Assembly (NCBI RefSeq): GCF_944387725.1
Contig: NZ_CALXGA010000002.1
Location: 2,602 to 66,601, forward strand
From: an uncultured Intestinimonas sp.
Lineage (GTDB): Bacteria; Bacillota; Clostridia; Oscillospirales; Oscillospiraceae
DNA length: 64,000 bases
Reading direction: 5' to 3'
Part shown: piece by piece, positions 19,807-30,027 of the stretch
Layout: each line of letters begins with the position of its first letter
Numbering within the stretch: position 1 is the stretch's first letter
The notes under the pieces: model-generated
Seen by the model: the letters and a program-made list of their open reading frames with translations, nothing else
Told to the model about the DNA's origin: nothing
The model's database searches: none
Position numbers and translations under genes: made by a program

Positions 19807-20553
19807 TCACCCCTCTGTGGGAAGCGAGGGGGCCTCCTTTTTGGGAGACCCCTCTCCGCAGGAGGCCAGCAGCCTCTCCAGGGTGGCGTCGTGCTCGGAG
19901 AACTCTGTAAGGACCTGAGAGAGGGCCTTATCCACCCGGCCCAGCTCACTGGAGGCGTGGGAGAGGGTGGCCCCCACGTCCTCCCGGAGCCGGGAATAGC
20001 CCGCCTTGACCTGGCTGAGGAGCTGCTCCGTCCCGGATTGGACCAGCTTGGCCCGTTGGGCTGCCTGTTCCTCGACGTCCTTGGCCCGCCGGGCCGCCTG
20101 CTCTTCAATGGCCTGGGCCCGGCGGCGGGCCTCCAGCTCGATGGTGGCCGTGCGGTCCTTCAGGTCGGCGTAGGCCTGGGCTCCCTGCTCCCACTGGGCG
20201 CATTTCTCCCGCAGGATGGACAGCTCTTCCCGCATCTCCCCGGACTCAGATTGGAGTTGGGCGAGATCGGCCTGAGCGGTATCCCGGCCGGCTGCGGCGT
20301 CATCCAGGAGCTTGCGGAGCTCCTCCACCTCTTTTTCCAGGGCAGCGTTCCGTTTTTGGAGGGCCTGGTTCTCCTTTTTGGCAGACTCTCCCTCCTTTCG
20401 GGCGGCGTCCACCTCCTTGCGGAGCTCGGTCAGGTGCTCCTTGGACTGCCGGGCGCTGGCTTCGATGTAGTTCAAAACATCCTGCCGGTTGAAACCGCCC
20501 ACTACGGCGGTCCGAAAGGTGCTCTCGGAAGGATTCATTTGCATATGCCCCAT
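19807..20553 (-). CDS. DivIVA-like coiled-coil protein
   Basis: FRTAVVGGFNRQDVLNYI followed by a long coiled coil. Confidence 0.65.
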   Translation of the reverse strand: MGHMQMNPSESTFRTAVVGGFNRQDVLNYIEASARQSKEHLTELRKEVDAARKEGESAKKENQALQKRNAALEKEVEELRKLLDDAAAGRDTAQADLAQLQSESGEMREELSILREKCAQWEQGAQAYADLKDRTATIELEARRRAQAIEEQAARRAKDVEEQAAQRAKLVQSGTEQLLSQVKAGYSRLREDVGATLSHASSELGRVDKALSQVLTEFSEHDATLERLLASCGEGSPKKEAPSLPTEG

Positions 20554-20624
20554 CTCCCGTCTTTTTCAACAGTTTACCATAAATCCAGGCGCAGCTCAAC
20601 ACTCCCGGTGGGAGTTTCCCGTGG

Positions 20625-21191
20625 TCAACCGGTGTGGACGCAGATCTCCCGCATTTTGGCCTGGAGTTTTTTCAGGTCCTCGAAGGCCTCCGGCCGCTTT
20701 CTGGGGTCCCGGAGGAGGGCGGATGGGTGGTACATGGCCATCATTTGGATACCGGCCTTCTCGAACCAGAGACCGTGCTCCCGGGTGATCTTGAAGTCCT
20801 CCCGGATGAGCCGGACAGCGGCGACACGGCCCAGACAGACGATGATCTTGGGGCGGATGAGGGCCACCTGGTTCCGAAGGTAGCCAATACAGGCGTCCAT
20901 CTCCACATTGAGGGGGTCCCGGTTCTGGGGCGGGCGGCACTTGACCATGTTGGCGATGAAATATTTGGAGCGGTCCAGGTCAATGATGGACAGCATTTCG
21001 TCCAGAAACTTCCCCGCCCGGCCCACAAAGGGGCGGCCAGTCAGGTCCTCCTGCTCACCGGGGCCCTCCCCGATGAACATGACCTCGGCCTCACGGCTCC
21101 CCTCGCCGAAGACCACATTGTGGCGGGTCTCGGCCAGAGCGCACTTCTGACAGGCGCGGCAGGTGCGCTCCAGCTCAGTCCAATCCAGCAT
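20625..21191 (-). CDS. Uracil-DNA glycosylase, family 4
   Basis: Cxx[20 protein letters not shown]. Confidence 0.93.
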   Translation of the reverse strand: MLDWTELERTCRACQKCALAETRHNVVFGEGSREAEVMFIGEGPGEQEDLTGRPFVGRAGKFLDEMLSIIDLDRSKYFIANMVKCRPPQNRDPLNVEMDACIGYLRNQVALIRPKIIVCLGRVAAVRLIREDFKITREHGLWFEKAGIQMMAMYHPSALLRDPRKRPEAFEDLKKLQAKMREICVHTG

Positions 21192-21280
21192 AAACAAATT
21201 CCCCATTTCCTGTGAGTCTGACAGGATTATACCACAAAGCAGGGGGGACGGGAAGCCCTGTTGTTTGATAAATTTGACGG

Positions 21281-21309
21281 TTGACATTTTCTTGAGAAGC
21301 GCATATACT
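21281..21309 (+). promoter_or_regulatory. SigA promoter of the T-box-aspS-gatCAB operon
   Basis: TTGACA-17-TATACT. Confidence 0.85.
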
Positions 21310-21317
21310 ACCCACAG

Positions 21318-21577
21318 CAAAGGCGATGACAAAGACCGCCCCCCGTGAGGGCCGCCAGAGAATCCGGGCCGCCGACTGAGAGCCCGGTCCGGCAGGATGG
21401 GGAGGCGCAACGCTTTCGAGCTGGGGGTTCGAGTCCCGCGAGGGAGGAGGGCTCCCCGTATCCCCGCGTTAAGGGAACGAAGCGGCCGCTTCAAAGGGGA
21501 GGCGGCAATCTTTGGGTGGTACCGCGGAATGTTCCGTCCCGAGACTGCAGGAGGCAGTTTCGGGATTTTTTGTTTTT
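21318..21577 (+). ncRNA. T-box riboswitch, probable Asn (AAC) specifier
   Basis: Stem I with AGAGA and CTGAG motifs, AAC at 21409-21411, T-box GGGTGGTACCGCG at 21514-21526, terminator TCCCGAGAC...GTTTCGGGA plus T run. Confidence 0.92.
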
Positions 21578-21584
21578 CCGCCCC

Positions 21585-21750
21585 TAGGGCTTGTTTGAAA
21601 AATGGCAACATGCCCAACCGGCGGGTCTTTTGCCCCCTGGACGGCGCAATTTTTCCTTGCAATCCGCCAGGATTCCTGCGAAAAAATTGCTTGCCAGCGG
21701 CCCAAAATCCCTCCCTGCTGGACACATCGCCAATTTTCAAACAAGCCCTA
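21585..21750. mobile_element. MITE copy 1 (~165 bp, non-autonomous)
   Basis: Perfect 17-bp terminal inverted repeat TAGGGCTTGTTTGAAAA...TTTTCAAACAAGCCCTA; near-identical copy at 49814. Confidence 0.88.
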
Positions 21751-21786
21751 CACCCCAACCAATTTGAAAGAAAGGACGTGAACGGT

Positions 21787-23109
21787 ATGGAATTTCTGGC
21801 AGATGGCCGGCAGAGCCTGCGGCTGGAGTGGAAGGACATCATGGGAGGGGCCCATCGAAATGAGACCGTTCAGGTCTCTGGCATGGTCCACGCCAAGCGC
21901 CCCATGGGGGGCGGACTCACCTTTTTGAAGCTGCGCAAGCAGGACGGCGTTCTCCAGTGTACTTGCGATGGCCTGGACCTCTCCCAGGTGCCGGAGGAGG
22001 CCGCCGTTGTGGTCACCGGAACCCTCCGGGACGAGCCTCGGGCCCCCGGCGGGGTGGAGCTGGCGGCCCGGGCGGTGAAGGTCCTCTCCCGGCCGGCGGA
22101 ACCCATGCCGGTGCCGGTGGCCAAGGCCAAGCTCCATTTGAATCTGGACACTGAGCTGAGCCTGCGGCCGGTGCTCCTGCGGAACCTGCGGGAGCGGAGC
22201 ATCTTCCAGATTCAGGCGGGCCTGTGCCGGGCCTTCCGTGAGTATCTCCAGGGCCAGGGCTTTACCGAAATCCATACCCCGAAAATCGTCCACGCCGGGG
22301 CGGAGGGCGGATCAAACATCTTCCGGCTGGACTACTTTGGACGCAAGGCATTCCTGACACAGTCCCCGCAGTTTTACAAGCAGACCATGGTGGGAGTCTT
22401 TGAACGGGTCTTTGAGGCGGCTCCGGTCTTCCGGGCGGAGAAGCACGCCACCATCCGCCATCTCAACGAGTACACCAGTCTGGATCTGGAGATGGGCTTC
22501 ATTGACTCCTTCCAGGACGTAATGGCGGTGGAGACAGGGTATCTCCAGTATGCCATGGCCTTGCTGGAGGGGGAATATGGGGAAGACCTAAAGCGCCTGG
22601 AGGTTACGATCCCGGATGTCAAACGCATCCCCTGCGTCCGCTTCGATGAGGCTAAGGCCCTGGCTGCGGAGAAATACGGCTACCGGATTCGGGACCCCTA
22701 CGACCTGGAGCCAGAGGAAGAGCACGCCATTGGCCGGTACGCCAGGGAGGCGTGGGGGAGCGACTTTGTCTTTGTCACCCACTACCCCAGCAAGAAGCGG
22801 CCTTTCTACGCCATGGATGACCCGGCCGACTCCCGGTATACCCTCTCCTTTGACCTGCTCTTCCAGGGGGTGGAGGTCACCACCGGAGGGCAGCGTATCC
22901 ACGACTACGCTCAGCAGGTGGCCAAGATGGAGGCCCGGGGTATGGATCCGGCGGAGTTTGAGAGCTACCTTATGATCCACGAGCACGGGATGCCCCCCCA
23001 CGGCGGACTGGGAATCGGTCTGGAGCGGCTGACCATGCAGCTCTGCGGGCTGGAAAACGTGCGGTATGCCGGTCTGTTTCCCCGGGATCTCTCCCGGCTG
23101 GAGCCCTGA
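21787..23109 (+). CDS. aspS: Non-discriminating aspartyl-tRNA synthetase (short form, 440 aa)
   Basis: ATG after GAAAGGA; QSPQFYKQ, FRAEKH, GMPPHGGLGIGLERL; upstream of gatCAB. Confidence 0.93.
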   Translation: MEFLADGRQSLRLEWKDIMGGAHRNETVQVSGMVHAKRPMGGGLTFLKLRKQDGVLQCTCDGLDLSQVPEEAAVVVTGTLRDEPRAPGGVELAARAVKVLSRPAEPMPVPVAKAKLHLNLDTELSLRPVLLRNLRERSIFQIQAGLCRAFREYLQGQGFTEIHTPKIVHAGAEGGSNIFRLDYFGRKAFLTQSPQFYKQTMVGVFERVFEAAPVFRAEKHATIRHLNEYTSLDLEMGFIDSFQDVMAVETGYLQYAMALLEGEYGEDLKRLEVTIPDVKRIPCVRFDEAKALAAEKYGYRIRDPYDLEPEEEHAIGRYAREAWGSDFVFVTHYPSKKRPFYAMDDPADSRYTLSFDLLFQGVEVTTGGQRIHDYAQQVAKMEARGMDPAEFESYLMIHEHGMPPHGGLGIGLERLTMQLCGLENVRYAGLFPRDLSRLEP

Positions 23110-23129
23110 ATGAGATGGAGGTCTGCAAG

Positions 23130-23417
23130 ATGAAGATTACAGAAGAGATGGTGGACTATGTCTCCACCTTATCCCGGCTGAAGCTTCCCCAGGAGGAGAA
23201 AACCCGGATGGCCGGAGAGCTGGAACAGATTTTGGCGTTTATGGACGTGCTTAATGTCCTAGATACGTCGGAGGTGGAGCCCATGAGCCACGTCTTCCCG
23301 GTGAAGAACGTCCTGCGGCCCGATGCGGTGGAGCCCTCCGCCGACCGGGCGGAGCTTCTGAAAAACGCGCCGGTACCGGACCTGGAGGCTTTCCTGGCGC
23401 CAAAAACCGTGGAATAG
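23130..23417 (+). CDS. gatC: Asp/Glu-tRNA amidotransferase subunit C
   Basis: YVSTLSRL, LDTSEVEP, NVLRPD; operon position. Confidence 0.93.
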   Translation: MKITEEMVDYVSTLSRLKLPQEEKTRMAGELEQILAFMDVLNVLDTSEVEPMSHVFPVKNVLRPDAVEPSADRAELLKNAPVPDLEAFLAPKTVE

Positions 23418-23430
23418 GGGGGAAGACAGG

Positions 23431-24906
23431 ATGGAATTGTGGGAGCTTACCGCCCTGGAGCTGGGCGGTCTGATACAAAAAGGGGAGGTCTCCCCAGTGG
23501 AGGCGGCCCGGGCGGCCCTGGACAGGCTGGCCGGGGAGCAGCCCCGGAACAACGCCTTTGTCACCACCCTGGAGGAGGAACAAGTCCTGGCGCGGGCCAA
23601 GGCGGTGGAGGCGGTCCTGGGCAGGGGAGAGGCCCTCTCCCCTCTGGCCGGAGTACCCATGGCCCTGAAGGACAACATCTGCACCCGGGGGATCAGGACC
23701 TCCTGTGCCTCGAAAATTCTGGGGGACTTCGCGCCCCCCTACAACGCCACCCTGGCGGAGCGGCTTCAGGCCGCCGGCGGAGTTCTGCTGGGGAAGCTGA
23801 ACATGGACGAGTTCGCCATGGGCTCCACCTCTGAGACCTCCTGGTACGGCCCCACACGAAATCCCTGGGACCTGGAGCGGGCGCCCGGCGGATCCTCCGG
23901 CGGGGCGGCGGCGGCAGTGGCCGCCGGGGAGTGCTGGTACGCCATCGGATCCGACACCGGGGGCTCCATCCGCCAGCCCGCCTCCTACTGCGGAGTCACC
24001 GGCATGAAGCCCACATATGGCACGGTCTCCCGATATGGCCTCATTGCCTACGCGTCCTCTCTGGACCAGATGGGCCCCCTGGCCCGGTCAGCCGCCGACT
24101 GCGCCGCCGTCCTGGACCTGGTGATGGGCCGGGACCGGCGGGACAGTACCAGCCTGGACGTGCCGGTGGGGGGACTCCTGACCTCCCTTGCTGGGGACAT
24201 CCGGGGGCTGCGCATTGGCCTGCCCGCCGACTGCTTCGGGGAGGGTTTGGACGGGGAGGTCCGCGCCGCTGTCCTGGCCGCCGCCCAGGTGCTCCGGGAC
24301 CGGGGGGCCGTGGTGGAGGAGTGCGTTCTGCCCATTATGAATTATGTGGTCCCCACCTATTATATTATCGCCTCCGCCGAGGCCAGCAGCAACCTCTCCC
24401 GGTTCGACGGGGTGAAGTACGGCTGGCGGGCGGAGGGCTATGAGGATCTCACTGATCTCTATGAGAAGACCCGGACCGAGGGCTTCGGGGCCGAGGTGAA
24501 GCGCCGCATCCTCCTGGGGACCTTCGTTCTCTCCACCGGGTACTACGACGCCTACTACAAAAAGGCCCTCCAGGTCAAAGCGGTCATCAAGGAGGCCTAT
24601 GACGCCGCCTTCCAGCAGTATGACCTGCTCCTCACCCCGGTGTCCCCCACCACCGCCCCCCGGCTGGGGGAGAGCCTCAAGGACCCGCTGAAGATGTACC
24701 TCTCGGACATCTACACCGTCCCCCTGAACCTGGCGGGCCTGCCGGGACTCTCCATGCCCTGCGGCTTTGACGGGCAGGGTCTGCCCATCGGGGCCCAGCT
24801 CATCGGCCCCGCCCTGGGGGAGGCCAAGGTCTTGGCCGCCGCCCACGCCTTCCAACTGGAGACCGACTACCACAGACAGAGCTCCGCCGGAAAGGAGGCC
24901 TGCTGA
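23431..24906 (+). CDS. gatA: Amidotransferase subunit A
   Basis: KDNI, GGSSGG, GSDTGGSIRQP amidase signature. Confidence 0.96.
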   Translation: MELWELTALELGGLIQKGEVSPVEAARAALDRLAGEQPRNNAFVTTLEEEQVLARAKAVEAVLGRGEALSPLAGVPMALKDNICTRGIRTSCASKILGDFAPPYNATLAERLQAAGGVLLGKLNMDEFAMGSTSETSWYGPTRNPWDLERAPGGSSGGAAAAVAAGECWYAIGSDTGGSIRQPASYCGVTGMKPTYGTVSRYGLIAYASSLDQMGPLARSAADCAAVLDLVMGRDRRDSTSLDVPVGGLLTSLAGDIRGLRIGLPADCFGEGLDGEVRAAVLAAAQVLRDRGAVVEECVLPIMNYVVPTYYIIASAEASSNLSRFDGVKYGWRAEGYEDLTDLYEKTRTEGFGAEVKRRILLGTFVLSTGYYDAYYKKALQVKAVIKEAYDAAFQQYDLLLTPVSPTTAPRLGESLKDPLKMYLSDIYTVPLNLAGLPGLSMPCGFDGQGLPIGAQLIGPALGEAKVLAAAHAFQLETDYHRQSSAGKEAC

Positions 24907-24907
24907 G

Positions 24908-26353
24908 ATGCCCTGGGAAACCGTCATCGGTCTGGAGACCCATGTGGAGCTCGCTACCCAGACCAAGATTTTCTGCTCCTGCACCACCGCGTTCGGAGGG
25001 GAGCCCAACACCCACTGCTGCCCGGTGTGCACCGGAATGCCCGGCACTCTGCCGGTGGTCAATGAAAAGGTGCTGGAGTTCGCCGTCAAGGCCGGCCTGG
25101 CCCTGAACGGGGAGATCACCCGGCGCTGCAAGTTCGACCGAAAGAACTACTTCTACCCCGATCTGCCAAAGGCCTACCAGATCTCCCAGCTCTACCTGCC
25201 TATCGTCCGAAATGGAAAGGTGCCCATCCGCACGGAGAGCGGCGGTGAGAAAGTCATCCGCATTCACGAGCTCCATATGGAGGAGGATGCGGGCAAGCTG
25301 GTCCACGACCCCTGGATCGATCAGACCCGGTGCGATTACAACCGCTGTGGAGTGCCCCTGATCGAGATTGTCACGGAGCCAGATTTCCGCTCCGCAGAGG
25401 AAGTCATCGCCTACCTGGAGAAGCTGCGCTCCACCCTTCAGTACCTGGGGGTCTCTGACTGCAAGATGCAGGAGGGGTCTTTGCGTTGTGATGTGAATCT
25501 GTCGGTGCGCCCGGCGGGCTCCCAGGATCTGGGGACCCGGACCGAGATGAAGAATCTCAACTCCTTCAAGGCCATTGCCCGGTCCATCGCCTATGAGTCC
25601 CGGCGGCAGATTGAGGCCCTGGAGGAGGGAAAGCGGGTGCTCCAGGAGACTCGCCGCTGGGACGAGAACAAGGACGCCACCTTCGCCATGCGTTCCAAGG
25701 AGAACGCCCAGGACTACCGCTACTTTCCCGATCCGGACATCCCGCCTCTTGAGCTCACGGAGGAATACCTGGACCGTCTCCGGGCCCAGATTCCCGAGAT
25801 GGCAGAGAAGAAGGCGGTCCGCTACCAGACCCAGTGGGGCCTTCCGGCCTACGACGCCCAGATGCTCACCGGGGAGAAAGCTCTGGCCGGCTTTTTCGAG
25901 GAGACGGTAAACCTGGGGGCCCCGCCCAAACAGGCTTCCAACTGGATCATGGGGGAGGTCCTCCGGAGGCTCTCGGCCGACGGGCTCGAGGCCGGAGAGA
26001 TGGCCCTGACCCCCGGGACCCTGGCACGGATCATTGCCCTGGTCCAGGAGGGGAAAATCAACCGGAACACGGCGGTGAAGGTCTTCGACGCCGTCTTTGC
26101 CGGGGACGGCGATGTGGACGCCTATATCCGAGAACACGGTCTGGAGCAGGTCTCTGATGCCGGACTAGTGGGGCAGGTGGTGGAGCAGGTCCTGGCCGCC
26201 AACTTCAAGTCGGTGGAGGACTACCTGGGCGGCAAGGAGAAGGCCTTCGGTTTTCTGGTTGGCCAGGTCATGCGGGAGCTTAAGGGCCAGGCTTCCCCCC
26301 AGGTGGTAAACCAGACCCTCCGGGAGAGGCTGGAAGAAAAGAAATCCATGTGA
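24908..26353 (+). CDS. gatB: Amidotransferase subunit B
   Basis: VIGLETHVEL, RKNYFYPDLPK, HMEEDAGK, DYRYFPDPD. Confidence 0.96.
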   Translation: MPWETVIGLETHVELATQTKIFCSCTTAFGGEPNTHCCPVCTGMPGTLPVVNEKVLEFAVKAGLALNGEITRRCKFDRKNYFYPDLPKAYQISQLYLPIVRNGKVPIRTESGGEKVIRIHELHMEEDAGKLVHDPWIDQTRCDYNRCGVPLIEIVTEPDFRSAEEVIAYLEKLRSTLQYLGVSDCKMQEGSLRCDVNLSVRPAGSQDLGTRTEMKNLNSFKAIARSIAYESRRQIEALEEGKRVLQETRRWDENKDATFAMRSKENAQDYRYFPDPDIPPLELTEEYLDRLRAQIPEMAEKKAVRYQTQWGLPAYDAQMLTGEKALAGFFEETVNLGAPPKQASNWIMGEVLRRLSADGLEAGEMALTPGTLARIIALVQEGKINRNTAVKVFDAVFAGDGDVDAYIREHGLEQVSDAGLVGQVVEQVLAANFKSVEDYLGGKEKAFGFLVGQVMRELKGQASPQVVNQTLRERLEEKKSM

Positions 26354-26378
26354 TATAATGAGTCTGCCTGTTTCCAGG

Positions 26379-26416
26379 CGGAGGTACAGGGCGCAGGCCT
26401 CCGCCCTGTACCTCCG
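26379..26416 (+). terminator. Strong hairpin after gatB
   Basis: CGGAGGTACAGGGCG-N8-CGCCCTGTACCTCCG (15-bp stem), no clear U tract. Confidence 0.5.
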
Positions 26417-26451
26417 AAAGCCGGAACGGATGGGAAAGGATGGATGCCGCT

Positions 26452-27096
26452 ATGACGGAATACTATATCCCCACAGGCCACTCAGAGACGGAATTCACGG
26501 AAAAACGCTCCCGCTTCCTTGGCCAGGTTTGGCGGGTGGAGACGGAAGAGGAGGCCAGAGCCCGGATTGATGAGACAAAAAAACGCTTCCACGACGCCCG
26601 GCACAACTGCTGGTGCTACCTTCTCCGAGACCCCGCTGTGGAGCGCTACTCTGATGACGGGGAACCCCAGGGCACAGCGGGACAGCCCATGCTGGAGGTC
26701 TTCCGCCGGGTGGGGATTACCAACGTATGCTGTGTGGCAACCCGGTATTTCGGCGGTGTCCTGCTGGGGACCGGTGGCCTGACCCGGGCCTATAGCCGCT
26801 CTGCCAAGGAGGCTTTGCACGCCGCCGGCATCTCGGTGGTCCGCCGCTGGGTAGAGGTGGAGCTTACCTGCCCCTACCGCCTCTACGAACGGGTGAAGCT
26901 GGAGGTGGAGGAGGCGGATGGCCTGCCGGTGGAGACAGACTACGCCGCCGACGTAACCCTCCACGCGCTGTTTCCAGAAGGAAAGGTAAAAGACTTTACA
27001 GACCGGATCGCAGAAGTGACAGCGGGGGAATCAGCACCTGTTGTCATCGGAGAGACGTTAAGGGATATACCTTTACAAGAATGCTTCAACGGATAA
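26452..27096 (+). CDS. YigZ/IMPACT family protein
   Basis: EKRSRF, ARHNCW, SDDGEPQGTAG, RYFGGVLLGTGGL. Confidence 0.92.
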   Translation: MTEYYIPTGHSETEFTEKRSRFLGQVWRVETEEEARARIDETKKRFHDARHNCWCYLLRDPAVERYSDDGEPQGTAGQPMLEVFRRVGITNVCCVATRYFGGVLLGTGGLTRAYSRSAKEALHAAGISVVRRWVEVELTCPYRLYERVKLEVEEADGLPVETDYAADVTLHALFPEGKVKDFTDRIAEVTAGESAPVVIGETLRDIPLQECFNG

Positions 27097-27194
27097 GTCG
27101 TGAATAATTTGTGAATTCTGCTCCGGGCGGCAGGATTTTTCCCTGCCCACGGCGTATCTTCTCATTAGAGCCCAATTTTGGGAGGTGAAAGTCC

Positions 27195-28199
27195 TTGACG
27201 GAGAGAGAACGGAGAGAGGAGCAGGAGCGGCAGATGCTCTCCCCCTTTGCCTGCCGGGCAGTGGACTCCCGGGGGCGCCTGCGGCCGGTGGAGCCCTGCC
27301 CGGTGCGGACCTGCTTCCAGCGGGACATTGACCGCATTGTCCACTCAAAGGCCTTCCGGCGGCTGATGCACAAGACCCAGGTCTTCCTCCAGCCGGAGGG
27401 GGACCACTACCGCACCCGGATGACCCATACCATTGAGGTTGTGCGCATCGCCCGAACCATCGCCCGGGGGCTCCAGCTCAACGAGGACCTCACTGAGGCG
27501 GCTGCCTATGGCCACGATCTGGGGCACACCCCCTTTGGTCACGCCGGGGAGCGGGTCCTCAATCAGATTATGCCCGGGGGTTTTGAGCACAACGTCCAGT
27601 CCCTGCGGGTGTTGGACCGGCTGGAGAACGACGGGGATGGCCTGAACCTCACCTATGAGGTCCGCCGGGGTATCCTTTGCCACACCGGGCCGGACATGGC
27701 TGAGACCTTGGAGGGACAGCTTCTGCGGCTGGCGGACAAGATTGCTTACATCAACGCCGACATCGACGACGCCATGCGGGGCGGCATCATCTACCCCATG
27801 GATATCCCGCTGGAGATTTCCAATGTTTTGGGCTTTACCTACTCTGACCGCATCGACACGCTCACCACCGACATCATCCGGGAGAGTGCCGGCATCGGCG
27901 TCCTCCGGCAGTCTGAGCCCTGCCGGGAGGCCATGGCCAACCTGCGGGCATTCATGTTTGAGCATGTCTACCGAAACCCGGTGGCCAAGGGGGAGGAGTC
28001 CAAGGCCCAGGAGATGCTCCTCCACCTGTTCGAGCACTATTGCCGGGGCCCGGACAGGCTTCCCCCGGAGTTCCAGGACATCCGGGAACGGGAGGGCGTG
28101 GAGCGGGCGGTGTGCGACTATATCGCGGGCATGACCGACAAATACGCGGTGGAGAAATTTTCCGACGCCTTTATCCCCATCTCCTGGGGCGTGAAATGA
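27195..28199 (+). CDS. dgt: dGTP triphosphohydrolase
   Basis: FRRLMHKTQV, HDLGHTPFGH, DYIAGMTD. Confidence 0.94.
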   Translation: MTERERREEQERQMLSPFACRAVDSRGRLRPVEPCPVRTCFQRDIDRIVHSKAFRRLMHKTQVFLQPEGDHYRTRMTHTIEVVRIARTIARGLQLNEDLTEAAAYGHDLGHTPFGHAGERVLNQIMPGGFEHNVQSLRVLDRLENDGDGLNLTYEVRRGILCHTGPDMAETLEGQLLRLADKIAYINADIDDAMRGGIIYPMDIPLEISNVLGFTYSDRIDTLTTDIIRESAGIGVLRQSEPCREAMANLRAFMFEHVYRNPVAKGEESKAQEMLLHLFEHYCRGPDRLPPEFQDIREREGVERAVCDYIAGMTDKYAVEKFSDAFIPISWGVK

Positions 28200-28257
28200 A
28201 AAAATCGTATGAAAGAACGGTCATCCGGCCAAAATAGACCGAAAGGGGGGTGCAAGA

Positions 28258-30027
28258 ATGGCCATTCCAGCCCATTTCATCGACGAACTGGCGGCCCGCT
28301 GCGACATCGCGGATGTGGTGGCCGACTATGTTCCCCTCACCAGGAAGGGGGGCAGCTTGTGGGGCTGCTGTCCCTTCCACAGTGAACGGACCCCATCCTT
28401 TCATGTAGTGCCGGAGCGTCAGATGTATAAGTGCTTCGGCTGCGGTAAGGGCGGGGGTGTCATCAACTTCATCATGGAGATGGAGAACCTCTCCTACCCG
28501 GACGCGGTGCGCTTCCTGGCTAAGCGGGCGGGACTGGAGGTCCCGGAGGACCGGGAGGGCAGCGGCGCCTTCCGCAGGCGGCGGGAGCGGCTGCTGGAGC
28601 TCAACCGGGAGGCCGCCCGCTTCTTCCATGCCAGCCTTCGGAGCCCGGAGGGCCGGGCAGGAGTGGATTACCTCTTCGGCAGGCGGAAGCTCTCCAAGGC
28701 CACCGTCACCCGATTCGGTCTGGGCATGGCCCCGGAGGGCTGGGACAACCTCATCACAGCCATGGTGGCCAAGGGCTACGAAAAGAGCGACCTGTTGACC
28801 GCCGGACTGGCGGTCCGCAGCAAGGAGGGCCGGGTCTACGACCGCTTTCGGAACCGTGTCATGTTCCCCATCATCGACCTGCGGGGGGATGTCATCGGCT
28901 TTGGAGGACGGGTTTTGGACGATTCTTCCCCTAAGTACCTCAATTCCCCAGACACCCCGGTGTTCAACAAGGGGCGTAATCTCTTCGCCCTGAACATCGC
29001 CAAAAAGTCCCGGCTGGGCCGGATCATCCTGACAGAGGGGTATATGGACACCATCTCCCTCCACCAGGCGGGCTTTGACTGCGCGGTGGCCTCCCTGGGC
29101 ACGGCCCTGACCTCTGAACACGCCCAGCTCCTGTCCCGGTACACCAAGGAAGTGGTCATCGCCTACGATGGCGATGGGGCGGGGGTCTCGGCGGCCCAGC
29201 GGGCCATCCCCATTTTGGAGAAGACCGGCATGAAGGTGCGGGTTCTGCGGATGAAGGGGGCCAAGGACCCCGATGAGTTTATCAAGCAGTACGGCCCGGA
29301 GGCCTTTGCCAAGCTTCTGGACCAGAGTGAGAACCATATCGAGTACCGCATCGACCAGGTGAAGGCCAAGTACGACCTTACCGACGACGCCCAGCGGGTA
29401 GAGTTTCTCAAGGAGGCGGTGGAGGTGGTAGCCGGGCTCCACAGCCCAGTGGAGCGGGAGGTCTACGGCGCCCGCTGTGCCGATCTGGCGGGTATCTCCG
29501 CCGAGACCATGGCCCAGGAGGTCCGGAGGGAGCGCTCCCGCCGCGCCAGAAAGGAACAGAAGCAGCAGGAGCGCCGGGATCTGACGCCAACGGTCCAGCT
29601 CCAGCCCAAGGAGCGCACCCTGCGCTACGAAAACCTGCACTCCGCCCGGGCGGAGGAGGGGGTTGTGCGGCTGGTGCTGCTGGACCCGGAGCTGTTCCGA
29701 AGGACGGGGAGCCTGACGCCGGAGGCGTTCTCCTCGCCTCTGCTGGGCAAGACCTACCGCCTCCTGCGGGAGCGCTGGGAGGGTGGGCTGGCGGTCCAGC
29801 TCTCGGCCCTGGCCGGGGAGCTGGAGCCAGAGGAGATGAACTGCCTGACCGGCATCGTCCAGCGGCCGGAGTCCCTCCAGAACGGAGCGGCGGCCATGTC
29901 GGACTACATAGAGATCATTCAGGATGAGGCGGAAAAACGCAGCCTCCCGGGGGACCGGGACGCCCTGCGTGTGCTTCAAAAAAAGCTGCTAGAGAAAAAA
30001 GCATATGGAGGATATGCCCATGAGTGA
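28258..30027 (+). CDS. dnaG: DNA primase
   Basis: CPFH zinc finger, [28 protein letters not shown]. Confidence 0.97.
   Translation: MAIPAHFIDELAARCDIADVVADYVPLTRKGGSLWGCCPFHSERTPSFHVVPERQMYKCFGCGKGGGVINFIMEMENLSYPDAVRFLAKRAGLEVPEDREGSGAFRRRRERLLELNREAARFFHASLRSPEGRAGVDYLFGRRKLSKATVTRFGLGMAPEGWDNLITAMVAKGYEKSDLLTAGLAVRSKEGRVYDRFRNRVMFPIIDLRGDVIGFGGRVLDDSSPKYLNSPDTPVFNKGRNLFALNIAKKSRLGRIILTEGYMDTISLHQAGFDCAVASLGTALTSEHAQLLSRYTKEVVIAYDGDGAGVSAAQRAIPILEKTGMKVRVLRMKGAKDPDEFIKQYGPEAFAKLLDQSENHIEYRIDQVKAKYDLTDDAQRVEFLKEAVEVVAGLHSPVEREVYGARCADLAGISAETMAQEVRRERSRRARKEQKQQERRDLTPTVQLQPKERTLRYENLHSARAEEGVVRLVLLDPELFRRTGSLTPEAFSSPLLGKTYRLLRERWEGGLAVQLSALAGELEPEEMNCLTGIVQRPESLQNGAAAMSDYIEIIQDEAEKRSLPGDRDALRVLQKKLLEKKAYGGYAHE

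Noticed and set aside
21425-21437. tRNA T-arm-like GGGTTCGAGTCCC
   Set aside because: No cloverleaf can be built around it; it lies inside the T-box leader.
21397-21786. 130-aa N-terminal extension of aspS, and the similar extension of the UDG ORF to 21842
   Set aside because: Both read through the T-box and MITE; the true starts are at 21787 (+) and 21191 (-).
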